From NCBI GenBank assembly GCA_963741205.1, contig CAVUHW010000006.1, positions 1 through 64,000 of the forward strand: a DNA stretch of 64,000 nt. The letters are read 5' to 3'. The stretch comes from Nitrospirota bacterium (GTDB lineage: Bacteria; Nitrospirota; UBA9217). The translations under genes and the position numbers were made by a program. Numbering within the stretch: the stretch's first letter is position 1; every line of letters begins with the position of its first letter. This document shows, one piece after another, positions 63,054 through 64,000 of this stretch. The notes below the pieces were generated by a model that saw nothing but the letters and a program-made list of their open reading frames with translations, was not told the DNA's origin and did not search any database.

Positions 63054-63380
63054 CTAATCGACAAAGCCCGCTTCCGCACCCACCCCGAAGAAGGGTTCTT
63101 CGTTGAAGAACGGGTTAAAGGGGTTGAAGAACGGGAAGAACGGGCGGAAGAACGGGAAGAACGGCTGGACGAACGGTTGACTGAAGACAGGTCTCGGTGC
63201 AAACACTGATCCTGCAGCAATGCCACTTCCGAACACGGGACTCGCGGCTGGCATGGTGCCGATCATTATGGTGCTCGGTTGAGGCGCTACAATCACAGCA
63301 CCGGCACTGCCGCTGAACAGGAGAGACGCGCCAACCATTACCATGGCGACGATCAACCAATATTTCATTGAGTTTTTCAT
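63054..63380 (-). CDS. Small secreted protein with Pro-Phe-Phe repeats
   Basis: RBS-like GGAAAGGA; signal peptide ending AGA; QPFVQPFFPFFRPFFPFFNPFNPFFNEEPFF; own terminator. Confidence 0.7.
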   Translation of the reverse strand: MKNSMKYWLIVAMVMVGASLLFSGSAGAVIVAPQPSTIMIGTMPAASPVFGSGIAAGSVFAPRPVFSQPFVQPFFPFFRPFFPFFNPFNPFFNEEPFFGVGAEAGFVD

Positions 63381-63554
63381 AGAATACACTTCCTTTCCAG
63401 GTTACCTAACAGCTCTTTTTAAGCAACCATGGCGGTTATCTACCTACTATCCATCTATAATAAGGATATATCTTGTCCTGTTAATAGTCAAGGGATAACG
63501 AAACTATGCAACATATTGATTCATTGATGAAATGACCGAATTTTTGAGCTGAGT

Positions 63555-63640
63555 TTATCCTGAGCGGCCGCAAACGAGATTGCAGCGTTCATGCAGAGCG
63601 ATAAAAAACGAGATTGCCTCGTTACGCTCGTAGTGACGGC
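63555..63640. repeat. Degenerate REP-like (GAGATTGC...CTCG..TGAC) element
   Basis: ATCCTGAGCG...CGAGATTGC (twice)...CTCGTAGTGAC. Confidence 0.45.
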
Positions 63641-63715
63641 TGGGCAAATTTTTTCAGGCTCGCAGGCTTGATTGTTTTCTTGAATTCTTGCGCCCCTCCG
63701 TGCTAAACTTCTTTC

Positions 63716-64000
63716 GTGATCGCCGCGCTCGTCATCTTCCTCATCACCTACGTTTTCATCGGACTCAGGCAGATCCCGCGCCTGCGCATCGACCGGCCCG
63801 CGGGAGCGCTCGTGGGAGCGGTGCTCATGATCGTCACGGGCGTCTTGACCCTCGACCAGGCATTCGCCGCCATAGATATGCACACGCTTCTGCTTCTCCT
63901 CGGGATGATGATAATCACCGTCTACCTCAGGACAGCCGGCTTCTTTGAACTCATCGCGGACAAGATACTGTCGATTTCGCGGACGCCGTTCCAGCTTCTG
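63716..64000 (+). CDS. ArsB/NhaD/CitMHS-superfamily anion transporter, 3'-truncated by window edge
   Basis: MIAALVIFLITYVFIG...RIDRPAGALVGAVLM...AIDMHTLLLLLGMM...AGFF; absent from the ORF track because it runs off the window. Confidence 0.85.
   Translation, partial: MIAALVIFLITYVFIGLRQIPRLRIDRPAGALVGAVLMIVTGVLTLDQAFAAIDMHTLLLLLGMMIITVYLRTAGFFELIADKILSISRTPFQLL

Overview
GC-rich bacterial chromosomal segment; gene content and style suggest an anaerobic or microaerophilic Nitrospirota/Desulfobacterota-like organism (inference only). Single-base indels break about 20 otherwise normal genes, including ettA, hisH and hisC, which looks like uncorrected long-read error rather than decay. Contents in order: 3' part of a MoeA-like molybdopterin-binding gene; an arsenic operon (arsP-type permease, small thioredoxin, Fe-S protein, arsR, acr3, metallophosphoesterase); a DUF134/NifX-family mini-operon; a three-gene cluster (lysine 6-transaminase, FAD D-2-hydroxyacid dehydrogenase, and a 455-aa 'hypothetical' carrying the motifs of DUF1338/HglS 2-oxoadipate dioxygenases); ettA; an outer-membrane protein plus a monohaem cytochrome c; a K+-channel-like gene; a Met-rich tandem-domain lipoprotein behind a sigma54 promoter; HU; a PAS kinase; an L-/D-lactate utilisation cluster with a two-component system; an ECF sigma/Spy cluster; assorted housekeeping genes (ppnP, GT87/GT9, ABC-F, AI-2E, adk, PDRP, DUF438); several secreted proteins of unknown function; and hisC-hisB-hisH-hisA-hisF. 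The window also holds at least five classes of short palindromic or periodic (7-, 9-, 10-mer) repeats. They occupy every junction of the his operon and also lie inside coding sequences (MoeA-like gene, hisF, hisH). No rRNA, tRNA, CRISPR array or transposase was seen. Best candidates for novelty: the divergent HglS-like lysine-catabolism module, the gene-invading repeat system, and the Met-rich sigma54 lipoprotein.
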